DNA of 64,000 nucleotides from positions 23,146 through 87,145 of the IMG/VR virus record IMGVR_UViG_3300025133_000055; one strand, written 5' to 3'. Numbering within the stretch: position 1 is the stretch's first letter; each line of letters opens with the position of its first letter. The position numbers and the translations under genes are program-made. This document shows, one piece after another, positions 8,757 to 17,943 of the stretch. The stretch comes from a virus. The notes beneath the pieces are model-generated. The model made no database searches. It was not told the DNA's origin and saw nothing but the letters and a program-made list of their open reading frames with translations.

Positions 8757-10154
8757 ATGAATAAACTAGAAAATTTAATTGAAAAACACTATAAAAGGAA
8801 GAAGGGGAGTCTTACATTTCGATCTCTTATTGAAATGGTAGAAGAGACTATGAAAAATCTGAGCCCCCTCTTCGAAGAGACACTGGCGGTCAGTTATGAT
8901 GCTGCTGAGGGAGAAGTTCCCCCCGAATTAAAAAACGGAGTGAGGCTTCCCATATTTAAAATTACAGAATTATGGGGAAAAGTTGATAATAAGGACAGGG
9001 AGATTATCGAGCAATTCACCAAGAATTTGGGGGGTTCAACGATAAAAGAAAAATTAACCAACCTTAACGAGATAATTCAATATGATCCAAAGGCAGATAT
9101 TCCCAAAATTATATCTGCGATGGTAGTGGTGGAAACACTCAGGAGTATCATCATTGAGTATACCGAAGCCGTTGGTGGCTTTTTATTCGAGGGTTTTTTA
9201 GCTGGCATCTTTGGTGGTCAAAGTATTCAAATTGTGGATGTCACCGGAGATGAGGCCGCTGGCCAAGCTGGGAAACCCATTACCGATGTTGTTCTCAATG
9301 GCATTCATTATAGTTTAAAGTTGTTGTCACCGGGAACGACCATTGATGGCTCTTATAAAAATATTGTAGAGCACTTTGCCACCGTTTCTCCGCCGGAGAT
9401 AACTTACTTAGTTGTACGCAAAGTGGGCAACGATGTTTTAGACTTCTATGAATTTACCATTACACAAGACAACTTTACAGATTATATCGGCTGGGCTGAG
9501 TATCATGACGTGAAAGAGGAGAAAGAAATTAGTGGTCTTTCAAGTGATGAGATGATAGATCTTTTTAGCGATATCGGGTCTTCGAAAGGGAAGGGGAAGT
9601 CTGGTGTTGTGAAGATTAGCGATAAAAATGAAAAGAACGTCAATCGAAGTATTAAATCTTTTAAAGACTCCCGCGCCCCCTTTACTGTTATTTATCGCGG
9701 AGAGGAAGATATAAGTCAACTTAAAAGATATTCCGCCAGTGTCAATCACCTTTATGGCTCACCGGAGGTATACCAACAAGTTAAAGAAGCCCAGAATGGT
9801 CCGTTTGAGGAGTTTATTAACCTTTTAAGAACAACTCCCGGATATACCGGATCCCAACAGTTTCATATTTCTCCCGAATATGCCAAGTCTGTGTCTGAAA
9901 ATGTGGGACAGTTAGATCTATCAGAAAATAATTTATTGGGTATCACGGAAAAGTATCTAGATAAACTGGCAGGAGAATTGATACCCATCTATTCCACACT
10001 TCACTCATTTAGTGAAAATATAAATCGTTATTTCCTGGGTGTCGATGAAAAGGACACAACTCGAAAAAAACGAGCACTTGCCGCAAGAGAAGATGCGTTT
10101 AGACTTCGTAAAAATGTCGACAATGTTGTTGAAAAAGAAACAGAAGAGAGGTAA
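8757..10154 (+). CDS. Putative late protein with a PD-(D/E)xK nuclease-like motif
   Basis: GFLFE.FLA...ITDV.....YSLKL; ACTAATTAT motif starts 13 nt before the ATG. Confidence 0.45.
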   Translation: MNKLENLIEKHYKRKKGSLTFRSLIEMVEETMKNLSPLFEETLAVSYDAAEGEVPPELKNGVRLPIFKITELWGKVDNKDREIIEQFTKNLGGSTIKEKLTNLNEIIQYDPKADIPKIISAMVVVETLRSIIIEYTEAVGGFLFEGFLAGIFGGQSIQIVDVTGDEAAGQAGKPITDVVLNGIHYSLKLLSPGTTIDGSYKNIVEHFATVSPPEITYLVVRKVGNDVLDFYEFTITQDNFTDYIGWAEYHDVKEEKEISGLSSDEMIDLFSDIGSSKGKGKSGVVKISDKNEKNVNRSIKSFKDSRAPFTVIYRGEEDISQLKRYSASVNHLYGSPEVYQQVKEAQNGPFEEFINLLRTTPGYTGSQQFHISPEYAKSVSENVGQLDLSENNLLGITEKYLDKLAGELIPIYSTLHSFSENINRYFLGVDEKDTTRKKRALAAREDAFRLRKNVDNVVEKETEER

Positions 10155-10157
10155 TAA

Positions 10158-11726
10158 TTGACCAAACATTATGGTTCTGGCTCTGAGATGAGCCAAAAGA
10201 TTCTGAAAGGAATTAATGTTTTAGCAGATAATGTAGCTTCCACCCTTGGACCAAGGGGGAGGAATGTTATTCTGCAAGAGAAAGGAAAGCGACCTATCAT
10301 CACCAAGGACGGTGTGACAGTTGCAAACTTTGTGGATTTAGAGGATCCAATTGAGAATGCTGGTGTTCAGATTATTAAACAAGCGGCAGCACAAACAAAT
10401 TTGGATGCCGGTGACGGCACAACAACTGCAACAGTTTTATCACGCGCTATTCTCAATAAGGCTCAAAAATATATTTCTGCGGGAGTTCCCCCTATTGAAT
10501 TGCAGCGAGGGATCGAAAAGGCAGTTGCAGTTATTGTTGAAAACTTAAAAGAGATGTCGCAACCAATCGCATGCGAAGAAAACATTGCTCACATTGCAAC
10601 CATTTCTGCAAATAATGATAAACATATCGGAAATTTGGTTGGCCGTGCGGTGAGTGCAGCGGGCAAGGACGGTGCTATTACAGTCGAGGAGGCACGCTCC
10701 CATCAAACCAGCCTAGACCTTGTAGAAGGCTTCAGGATGGACTCTGGTTATGCTGCAACGGCTTTCATTACCGATGAGAGACGACGCGCCGCAACTTACG
10801 ATAACCCGCTTCTACTGGTAACAGATGAGAAGATCGAGCATGTTCAAGATATCATGGGCATCTTGGAATTGTCGGCCAGGGAGGCGCGCCCTCTGGTGTT
10901 TATCTCTACGGAGGTAGAGGGTCAAGCATTAGCCGCAATGATTATGAATGCGATTAAGGGTACATTAAAGATCGCAGCAGTCAAAGCACCGCGATATGGC
11001 GAGGAAAGACAAAACATCCTAAAGGACTTAGCCATCTCCACTGGCGCAAACTTTATTAGCAGGTCGCAAGGAAGAAAACTTAGTGAAGTTAAGTTGACTG
11101 ATTTTGGAACCGCCGCCAGAATTGATATTACTCGAAGTCAGACTACAATCGTCGGCGGCGATGGGAACCAAGACTTGATTGATGAGCAGGTCGAAGAACT
11201 CAAATCAGACCTGATCCACGAAGAAAACTTGCATGAGTGTGAGAAGATTCAAGACAGGATCGCCAGATTGTCAAGTGGGATCGCCATCATCCGAATCGGT
11301 GCAGCCACCGAGATTGAGATGATCGAGAAGAAACACAGAGTTGAGGATGCCCTAGAGGCTGTCCGATCGGCACAAATGGAAGGCATCATCGCGGGGGGAG
11401 GTGCGGCATTGATTCGAGCGACCACTAACCTAGAAGTTGATGTTGACAATGATGATCAACTGCTTGGTGTTGAAATTGTCAAAGAGGCAGTTAAGGCGCC
11501 CCTCAAACAGATGGCCCTGAATGCGGGTAAATCTCCAGACATTATTTGTGAACTAGTTTTAAAAGAAAAAGGTAATTGTGGTTATAATTTTATATCCGAT
11601 AGCCTTGTTGATTTATTAGAGGCCGGCGTCATAGATCCTGTAAGAGTCACACGTACCGCACTCCAAAATGCAGCCTCAGTTGCGGGCACATTAATTACAA
11701 CAAACTGTGCCATAATACAAAGTTAA
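10158..11726 (+). CDS. groEL: Group I chaperonin (GroEL-like)
   Basis: TLGPRGRNV, ITKDGVTVA, AGDGTTTATV, KAPRYG and GVIDP; no GGM tail. Confidence 0.95.
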   Translation: MTKHYGSGSEMSQKILKGINVLADNVASTLGPRGRNVILQEKGKRPIITKDGVTVANFVDLEDPIENAGVQIIKQAAAQTNLDAGDGTTTATVLSRAILNKAQKYISAGVPPIELQRGIEKAVAVIVENLKEMSQPIACEENIAHIATISANNDKHIGNLVGRAVSAAGKDGAITVEEARSHQTSLDLVEGFRMDSGYAATAFITDERRRAATYDNPLLLVTDEKIEHVQDIMGILELSAREARPLVFISTEVEGQALAAMIMNAIKGTLKIAAVKAPRYGEERQNILKDLAISTGANFISRSQGRKLSEVKLTDFGTAARIDITRSQTTIVGGDGNQDLIDEQVEELKSDLIHEENLHECEKIQDRIARLSSGIAIIRIGAATEIEMIEKKHRVEDALEAVRSAQMEGIIAGGGAALIRATTNLEVDVDNDDQLLGVEIVKEAVKAPLKQMALNAGKSPDIICELVLKEKGNCGYNFISDSLVDLLEAGVIDPVRVTRTALQNAASVAGTLITTNCAIIQS

Positions 11727-11775
11727 AAACTATTTATGAGTGTTGGGATAAAACTTAAAGGGGGGCCCAAGTGAC

Positions 11776-12054
11776 ATGTCTGAAGATGAAGTTAGCAAGG
11801 TGGATATTATTGAATTGGATGGGAAACTATCAAGGATTGTCGATGGATTGGAAGGGGTTAGAACATGCCAGGACCGGATGTCAGATGATATTGCGAAGAT
11901 TAAAGATGCAGTCTACAATCCTGACGAGGGATTGTACGCAAGACTCAGGAATCTTGAGCAGTGGAAAGAGGCTTCTTCAAAAATTACTTGGGTGATAATG
12001 ACCAGTATTGTAGGTCTGGCATCTGCAACAGTTTGGCACACTTTTTTTAAATAA
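11776..12054 (+). CDS. Coiled-coil protein with C-terminal TM helix (holin/XhlA-like architecture)
   Basis: Hydrophobic C-terminal segment; AACTATTTAT at about 11728. Confidence 0.45.
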   Translation: MSEDEVSKVDIIELDGKLSRIVDGLEGVRTCQDRMSDDIAKIKDAVYNPDEGLYARLRNLEQWKEASSKITWVIMTSIVGLASATVWHTFFK

Positions 12055-12058
12055 AGGG

Positions 12059-12087
12059 TTGACAATTATTTCATAACATGTTATAAT
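12059..12087 (+). promoter_or_regulatory. sigma70-type promoter
   Basis: TTGACA-17 nt-TATAAT. Confidence 0.75.
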
Positions 12088-12108
12088 TATAATTAGCGTG
12101 GAGTATAA

Positions 12109-12423
12109 ATGCGTGTTAATATAAGTTACTCTGTGGAGCTATGTGAAGTCCCACGAGAGGTTGATAAATTACTTGAAGAGTGTGAGGTTCTTTTTAGACA
12201 AATGTGCGGAAAATTTGGGGGTGTTTGTAGCACTAGTCCACTTGAAACTATTGAAAATTTAAATGATATTCGTGAGCAGTTGAAGACAACCGACATTAGA
12301 TTGTCGGAATGCACTCAAATTTTGGCGGGGTATGTGGATATTAAAACCAAAATGCCTTTGTTGTCCCCCCAAGAGCAGGAGCACCAACCGGAGGAGAAGC
12401 AAGGCGATGATGAAGAACTTTAA
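12109..12423 (+). CDS. Hypothetical protein
   Basis: GGAG RBS; first gene after the promoter. Confidence 0.6.
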   Translation: MRVNISYSVELCEVPREVDKLLEECEVLFRQMCGKFGGVCSTSPLETIENLNDIREQLKTTDIRLSECTQILAGYVDIKTKMPLLSPQEQEHQPEEKQGDDEEL

Positions 12424-12652
12424 ACAGGGGGAGTATGTTTATATTCCCTCAAATGTGATGCTGTTTCGCATCGATATGGACCAAAAAAAAGACTTGACAA
12501 ACTTTGAGGCGGCTAAATTAATGGAAAAACCACAGCACCTGATGTTTATTAACGAATGTAAAGTTGATAGTAACTGGGTTCAAGTTTTTTATAAAGGAGA
12601 ACTTTGGACCGTTAAAAAAGAAAATATTTATGAAATAGAGGAAGAAGGATGA
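12407..12652 (+). CDS. Small FKxG-type beta-barrel-like protein
   Basis: MMKNFKQGEYV; GGAGGAG upstream. Confidence 0.5.
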   Translation: MMKNFKQGEYVYIPSNVMLFRIDMDQKKDLTNFEAAKLMEKPQHLMFINECKVDSNWVQVFYKGELWTVKKENIYEIEEEG

Positions 12653-12939
12653 ACATAAAATTTATAGAAGTTTTTGGACATGGACACGGAAGTGCTTCAA
12701 AGAATTATTCTTTGAGAACAGTATATGTTAATCCAAACCATGTAGTTTGTTTGAGAGAGGACTCCGATACATCCAGGCTTTTAAGTGAAGGACGCCTACC
12801 TGACGAGTTAGATTCTCGACAGACTTTTACTTGTATGTCGATCAACAAGGGAACTCATGGCCAGGATATTATTATAATTGGCCCTGTCGAGGAAATTCAG
12901 AAAAAACTACAATCCCACCGACAATTACTAAGGGGATAG
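12649..12939 (+). CDS. FlbD/SwrD-like small protein
   Basis: VYVNPNHV..L.E and V.EI..KL pattern. Confidence 0.4.
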   Translation: MNIKFIEVFGHGHGSASKNYSLRTVYVNPNHVVCLREDSDTSRLLSEGRLPDELDSRQTFTCMSINKGTHGQDIIIIGPVEEIQKKLQSHRQLLRG

Positions 12940-12941
12940 TT

Positions 12942-13373
12942 ATGGAAATTGCATGTAAATTTAAAGAGCTTAAAGAGCTTGAACCGTCCATTGTTCGAGA
13001 AAAAGATACGAGAACGAAGTGTGGTAGATATGAAGGGGGGAGTCTTAATATAAAGGGTTTTGGTCATGACAGGTGGGCGGTTGCTGCTTATATTATTCCC
13101 GACAAACCCCTTAAAAAATATGTTTCTAAAGGTCTGTCGGAGCAACAAATCGTCGAGGGATGCTTGAAGTATCTCAATAAGCCTCCCACCAAGAGATCCA
13201 AAAAGCTTAAATATGGAAAATTGGAATGTAGACATTTTATTTTTATGGAAGGAGCGATTAGTGTTTCTTTGATCGTTGACCAGAGAAATAATAAATATTT
13301 CTGGGGGCGCGGAAAAATTAACAAGCAACGAAAAATAAACTCATACAGGGGTCGACCGAGAAAAAAGAAATGA
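12942..13373 (+). CDS. Hypothetical basic protein
   Basis: ATG 12942 after AGGGG. Confidence 0.5.
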   Translation: MEIACKFKELKELEPSIVREKDTRTKCGRYEGGSLNIKGFGHDRWAVAAYIIPDKPLKKYVSKGLSEQQIVEGCLKYLNKPPTKRSKKLKYGKLECRHFIFMEGAISVSLIVDQRNNKYFWGRGKINKQRKINSYRGRPRKKK

Positions 13374-13768
13374 TAACAGAAAAAATAGAACAAGACCTCT
13401 CTTGTGTGGAGGCTTATTTGCTGGACTATCATAGTGTTGTTGTGGATTTCGATATATTAGGGCTGGATGAATATTGGGTTGAGGATAGGACAGTGACAAT
13501 TAATAGCTCCCAAGATAAAAAACACCAGCTTTTTGTTTTGCTACATGAAACGGGCCATGTAATTTTGAGAGACAGAGAAAATTTCAATGAAGCATTCCCG
13601 GATGTCGAATACGAAAGAATAGAAACGCTAAAAGAAGAGGTAATGGCATGGGAAGAAGCCAGGAAGTTGGCAAAAAAATTAAATATTGAATTAGATGCTG
13701 ACTGGATTTTAAATTATCGTAATTCTTTAAAAAGATATGCATCGTGGTCTATTAGGCTGGAGAGTTAA
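13370..13768 (+). CDS. HExxH zinc metallopeptidase (ImmA/IrrE-like)
   Basis: LLHETGH plus downstream EE..AW. Confidence 0.65.
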   Translation: MITEKIEQDLSCVEAYLLDYHSVVVDFDILGLDEYWVEDRTVTINSSQDKKHQLFVLLHETGHVILRDRENFNEAFPDVEYERIETLKEEVMAWEEARKLAKKLNIELDADWILNYRNSLKRYASWSIRLES

Positions 13769-14115
13769 TGACACCCAAATTTTATTTAGCGTGCCTCCTT
13801 ATCTTGGCGGGACATGTTTTTGCTTGGTATGGAACTTACTCTCAATTTATCTGGGACTGGTGTAAAAACAATGTTCATCTGCTTCCTTTAATATTCGCCA
13901 TTCCAACTGGCTATCTCTTTCTTTATGGAATGAGATTTGCCGTTCAAGAAATGGGAGAAGTCTGGGGTCCGCGATTGTTGGGCTTCGGGCTTTCTTATTT
14001 GGTCTTTCCTATCCTGACTTATTATTATTTTGGCGAGAGTATACTGGCTCCTAAAACTTTAATTTGTATTGGTTTATCTTTTTCTATCGTAGGTATCCAG
14101 GTATTTTGGAAATAA
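13768..14115 (+). CDS. Small four-TM membrane protein (SMR/DMT-like)
   Basis: Four hydrophobic segments; FGE loop before the last helix. Confidence 0.55.
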   Translation: MTPKFYLACLLILAGHVFAWYGTYSQFIWDWCKNNVHLLPLIFAIPTGYLFLYGMRFAVQEMGEVWGPRLLGFGLSYLVFPILTYYYFGESILAPKTLICIGLSFSIVGIQVFWK

Positions 14116-14148
14116 GATGAACTAATTATAAGCTGGAAGGAACTTGAT

Positions 14149-14493
14149 ATGAAACTTTTAATTGAAAGCTGGCGGAAGTATCTTAATGAAGGTGACGTTG
14201 TTGATCTCTCTTCTCACCCTAAATATAAAGTTCACCAAACAAAGGCAGAGAAGATGATTGCCGCAGATGACTTGATCGAATGGGGCGCCAAATATTTAAA
14301 CAGCACCAGATATGATGTCACCGAGAAACACAAAGAGTTAGCTAAATTCGCTGAGAAGGCCGAAGAGTTAGGTTTAAATTTGGGCAATGAGGAACTTCAA
14401 GATTTTATAGACGACTCATATATAGCACATGCCGCATACAAAGCCGAGCCTGAAAAAAAGCCATGGTGGAAATTTTGGGGTGATGAAAAATGA
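14149..14493 (+). CDS. Protein with MKLLIESWRKYLNE leader (solo member of the MKLLLENW family)
   Basis: Leader matches the 45.7-50.5 kb genes; AACTAATTAT at 14120. Confidence 0.65.
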   Translation: MKLLIESWRKYLNEGDVVDLSSHPKYKVHQTKAEKMIAADDLIEWGAKYLNSTRYDVTEKHKELAKFAEKAEELGLNLGNEELQDFIDDSYIAHAAYKAEPEKKPWWKFWGDEK

Positions 14494-14846
14494 ACTTAGA
14501 TCAAATTATAGATGAACAATTGGAGGTTCTCCAAGAGGAGAAATATAAGTTAAGAATATTCCAGGTTGAGGTTCTGCTAAGAATTGAATCTGAGTTCGGA
14601 GTCGAAGAAACATTGCAAGATATTCGCTCTATTTCCGGGGTGACCGTTGTAACTGCTTTGGATTCGCTATTTAGAAAAAACACTGGTTCCTATTTGAGTC
14701 ACATTCGGATAAAATTTCATCCCCACAAAGATTCAACGACCGCAAAAACTTATATAAAAGATTTCTTGCTTCCTTCTTTAAGGGGCGGCGAAATCCCTGG
14801 TTGTAAAATAATTAGAGTTGTCTCATCTCCGGAACAAATTGGGTGA
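14490..14846 (+). CDS. Hypothetical protein (ferredoxin-like fold pattern)
   Basis: DIRSISGVTVV; ATGA-coupled to the upstream gene. Confidence 0.55.
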   Translation: MNLDQIIDEQLEVLQEEKYKLRIFQVEVLLRIESEFGVEETLQDIRSISGVTVVTALDSLFRKNTGSYLSHIRIKFHPHKDSTTAKTYIKDFLLPSLRGGEIPGCKIIRVVSSPEQIG

Positions 14847-15256
14847 TTAAAGTGAAAATAATTTCGCCTCAACAACCGCGCCGTGATACTAAACGAGTCG
14901 CGAAGGTAGTGATCGTGAATGACAAGGGTGAAATCTTATTGTTGCTCCGAAAAAAAGACCAGCCCTTTCCGATGAAGTGGGATCTTCCTGGCGGCCACCT
15001 TAAAGAGGGGGAGACTTGGGAGGAGGGAGCGCATCGTGAGGCCAAAGAAGAAACAAACCTTGACATCGGAAAAATGAAAATGATTTCCGATAAGGGAAAA
15101 AATAAATATTTCAAAACAGCAGACTGGGGTGGTGAATTATTCAGTTCCAAAGAATTACCAGAACACGATGACTTTGTGTGGAGGGATCCAAATAGGCTCA
15201 AAGACTTGGATATCGGGCAACTCTATTTAGACGTTATAAGGAGTGCATTCAAATGA
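14843..15256 (+). CDS. Nudix hydrolase
   Basis: Nudix box PGGHLKEGETWEEGAHREAKEETNL. Confidence 0.92.
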   Translation: MIKVKIISPQQPRRDTKRVAKVVIVNDKGEILLLLRKKDQPFPMKWDLPGGHLKEGETWEEGAHREAKEETNLDIGKMKMISDKGKNKYFKTADWGGELFSSKELPEHDDFVWRDPNRLKDLDIGQLYLDVIRSAFK

Positions 15257-15417
15257 AGTGGATGATAATAATTTTGTTGCTCGGTGGGTGTCTCAAAAAA
15301 AAGAAAGAAGTTGAACCGACTCCCATTCCGAGAGAAAAGATCTTGACGGAAGAAGATCTTGAGCGGCTGCCCGAAACAAGATGGCCCGAAGAAAAAAGAC
15401 CAGATGAAGGTTCATAA
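15253..15417 (+). CDS. Small lipoprotein (54 aa), not in the ORF track
   Basis: Lipobox MKWMIIILLLGG-C; ATGA overlap. Confidence 0.55.
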   Translation: MKWMIIILLLGGCLKKKKEVEPTPIPREKILTEEDLERLPETRWPEEKRPDEGS

Positions 15418-15494
15418 ATTTTAAAATAGTTCTTCTTTTAGTCATTCCTTTAATAGTTACTAATAGAGGTGATAATTAGGAAGGAACTAAATTA

Positions 15495-16304
15495 ATGAAA
15501 ATCGCAAGGAAGGTGTTAAGAAGCTTATTTGTTTTAATGTGCTTTATGTTAATTGTAACAACTCCCGGCTGCACAAAGATCGGGTCCTCTTTCTCTGATC
15601 TTGAAAAAAGTATCAAAGATGCACAGCAGGGACAGGAGTGTTGTTATTTAGAATATGGTGTGAAAGAAAAGATAAGGGGTCGCGCCAATAAGGTGTCGAG
15701 AGAGTCCACCGTAAAAGTGGTGGTTCAAACGGAAAGAGGCACCTATCGTGGAACTGGTAGCTATTTTGTTTACAAGGGTCATCATATTGTGATCACTGCT
15801 GGGCATCTTTTCGCAGAAGGGCTTCCAACTGTTTTGGATTCGGAAGCTCTCATAACAGCGCCTACTGAAAAAGTAGTTGGGACGCTGGCTTATTTCGATC
15901 CCTATACTGATATGGCAGTCTTTAGGGTTGCCCCCCTGGAAAGCCGCAAGCCGGCTAAGTTTGTACGCACGCCAAACTATGTGGTGGGGGATCCGGTGGT
16001 GTACTCGGGGTTTCCAGGCTCAAACAATCTGCTCACTCTTAATGGTGAGATAGCTGGAGATGGTTACGGAACCGATCTCGCCATTCAGTCATTTGCATGG
16101 GGCGGCTCGTCTGGATCGGGTGTCTTTGATGCCAAGGGTCATTTCGTTGGTGTGGTAGTCTCTATTATGGTGGGTCGAAGCCTGTTCGGATATCCAGAAA
16201 AAATTGGTTCAATTGTGTATGTGGCACCAGCCAATTTAATAGATATGGTTTATTTGAGACAAAATTTAGATAAATTGGAGGCGACAATGAATGACGGTTT
16301 TTAG
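15495..16304 (+). CDS. Exported trypsin-like serine protease
   Basis: Signal/lipoprotein N-terminus; TAGH, DMA and GGSSGSG catalytic motifs. Confidence 0.85.
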   Translation: MKIARKVLRSLFVLMCFMLIVTTPGCTKIGSSFSDLEKSIKDAQQGQECCYLEYGVKEKIRGRANKVSRESTVKVVVQTERGTYRGTGSYFVYKGHHIVITAGHLFAEGLPTVLDSEALITAPTEKVVGTLAYFDPYTDMAVFRVAPLESRKPAKFVRTPNYVVGDPVVYSGFPGSNNLLTLNGEIAGDGYGTDLAIQSFAWGGSSGSGVFDAKGHFVGVVVSIMVGRSLFGYPEKIGSIVYVAPANLIDMVYLRQNLDKLEATMNDGF

Positions 16305-17262
16305 AAATGTTTTGTTAATAGTTTTCTCGGTTCTTTTGATGAGTTGTGATAATGGAATCGATTATGTCGTCCACGGTGGAGAAGGAGAGGTAGAGACAGA
16401 AACAATTATCAAATACATTGTCACGGAACCAGAGGCAGATATTTGGATTGATTCATTCATACAGATTGAGGCATATGAGGCGATAGATATTGTATGGGTC
16501 ATCGATGGTTCCTGCTCGATGATGTCACACCAGACTCGATTACTCGCCGGAATCGAACACATGATGAACAATCTCCCCCCCGATGTAAATTGGAGGCTCA
16601 AAATGATAACCGCCGGTGACGGTTCCTATGTTACACAGCCTACAACTTTTCCACTGACAAGGGGTGATGACATCGCAGATGCCATGAATATGTATAATCA
16701 GTTGCCCAATGACGGACAAGAGAAGGGTTTCGATGCTATAAAGAATTATGTAACACTTGATGTATATGCTAAAACTTGGATGCGCAGCGATGCCGCACTA
16801 TTAGTGGTCTTCGTCACTGATGAGAGAGAGCAAAGCCCTATGACAACAACAGACTTTATTAACTGGTATGCTTGGCTCAGGCCATCTGTTTATTTGTCAT
16901 TTATCGGAAATGTGGACACGGAAGATTCGATTTGTCCTTACAAAACAAATTATTCCACCATTGGAAGAAAATATATGGATGCGGTAAGTCACTTTTCAGG
17001 TACTATAATTGATATCTGTGAGACTGATTGGTCAGCCGGTGTCGATGATGCAACTCAAAACATTGAGCCGATTGTGGAGTGGGAACTGACCCATGTGCCC
17101 TATGTTGATACACTGGTGGTCTTTGAAGATAATGCCCCGATGGACAGTAGCAAGTGGACATACAGTGCGGTGGACAATATGATTGAGTTTTCGACAACTC
17201 CACCAGAAAATTCTTTGATAGAAATTGGGTATGCTATCAAATTTTATAAATTAAACCCTTAA
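16291..17262 (+). CDS. vWA-domain lipoprotein
   Basis: Lipobox LLMS-C; MIDAS DIVWVIDGSCSM; VFVTDE. Confidence 0.75.
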   Translation: MTVFRNVLLIVFSVLLMSCDNGIDYVVHGGEGEVETETIIKYIVTEPEADIWIDSFIQIEAYEAIDIVWVIDGSCSMMSHQTRLLAGIEHMMNNLPPDVNWRLKMITAGDGSYVTQPTTFPLTRGDDIADAMNMYNQLPNDGQEKGFDAIKNYVTLDVYAKTWMRSDAALLVVFVTDEREQSPMTTTDFINWYAWLRPSVYLSFIGNVDTEDSICPYKTNYSTIGRKYMDAVSHFSGTIIDICETDWSAGVDDATQNIEPIVEWELTHVPYVDTLVVFEDNAPMDSSKWTYSAVDNMIEFSTTPPENSLIEIGYAIKFYKLNP

Positions 17263-17292
17263 CAGACTAATTATAGTTGAGGTACAAAACAA

Positions 17293-17580
17293 ATGTTATT
17301 CAAGATGATAGATGCTATTTTGCGGTTGGTGGGGTATACACGCACGAGCGAGGTTAATCTTTTAAAGTTTCAGAAGAGGATCCTGGAAGAGCAGGTTGCT
17401 TTATTAAACGAAGAGATCAAAGCCGTTAATGACGAGAATGGATCTCTTTGGGACATGATAGATGAACTACAAGGATCCAGCAAGGTGGGCAAAGATACCG
17501 CCACCCAACTTCTAGAATCTCTCAAGGATGCTCTTGCCGATGAAATGTTAAAAGATTTCAAAGCCGTTGGCGAAGCATAG
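17293..17580 (+). CDS. Coiled-coil hypothetical protein
   Basis: GAGG RBS; GACTAATTAT at about 17265. Confidence 0.55.
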   Translation: MLFKMIDAILRLVGYTRTSEVNLLKFQKRILEEQVALLNEEIKAVNDENGSLWDMIDELQGSSKVGKDTATQLLESLKDALADEMLKDFKAVGEA

Positions 17581-17592
17581 GAGCACAAACTA

Positions 17593-17925
17593 ATGAGTGA
17601 TTCTATTGAGGGAGAAATAGAGGCTTCCGGCGCCGAGGACTTGAAGCCCAAACCTCCTGCCAAGCTGGCGCCACGCGGAATAAGAACTTTCACGGTTTGT
17701 CGGCAGCACGATGAAACGGGAGTATCTGGTGAGGGAGTGGTCATCGAAGGTGTCGTTCTGGGAACTGGTCAGTGTATCGTTCATTGGCTTTATCCCACAC
17801 CCCGAGGTGGTATAGCGATTTTTGATTCAATGAGCGACTTCATTAAAGTACACATTGGACCGCATCCGAGCAATAAAACAATAATAACTTATCAAGACGG
17901 GGAGCAAGATCTTTATGGAAACTAG
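17593..17925 (+). CDS. Conserved-looking phage hypothetical protein
   Basis: DETGVSG.G.V.EGV...G..VHW...H motif; AGGAG RBS. Confidence 0.6.
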   Translation: MSDSIEGEIEASGAEDLKPKPPAKLAPRGIRTFTVCRQHDETGVSGEGVVIEGVVLGTGQCIVHWLYPTPRGGIAIFDSMSDFIKVHIGPHPSNKTIITYQDGEQDLYGN

Positions 17926-17943
17926 TTATAATGAGGGGCGATT

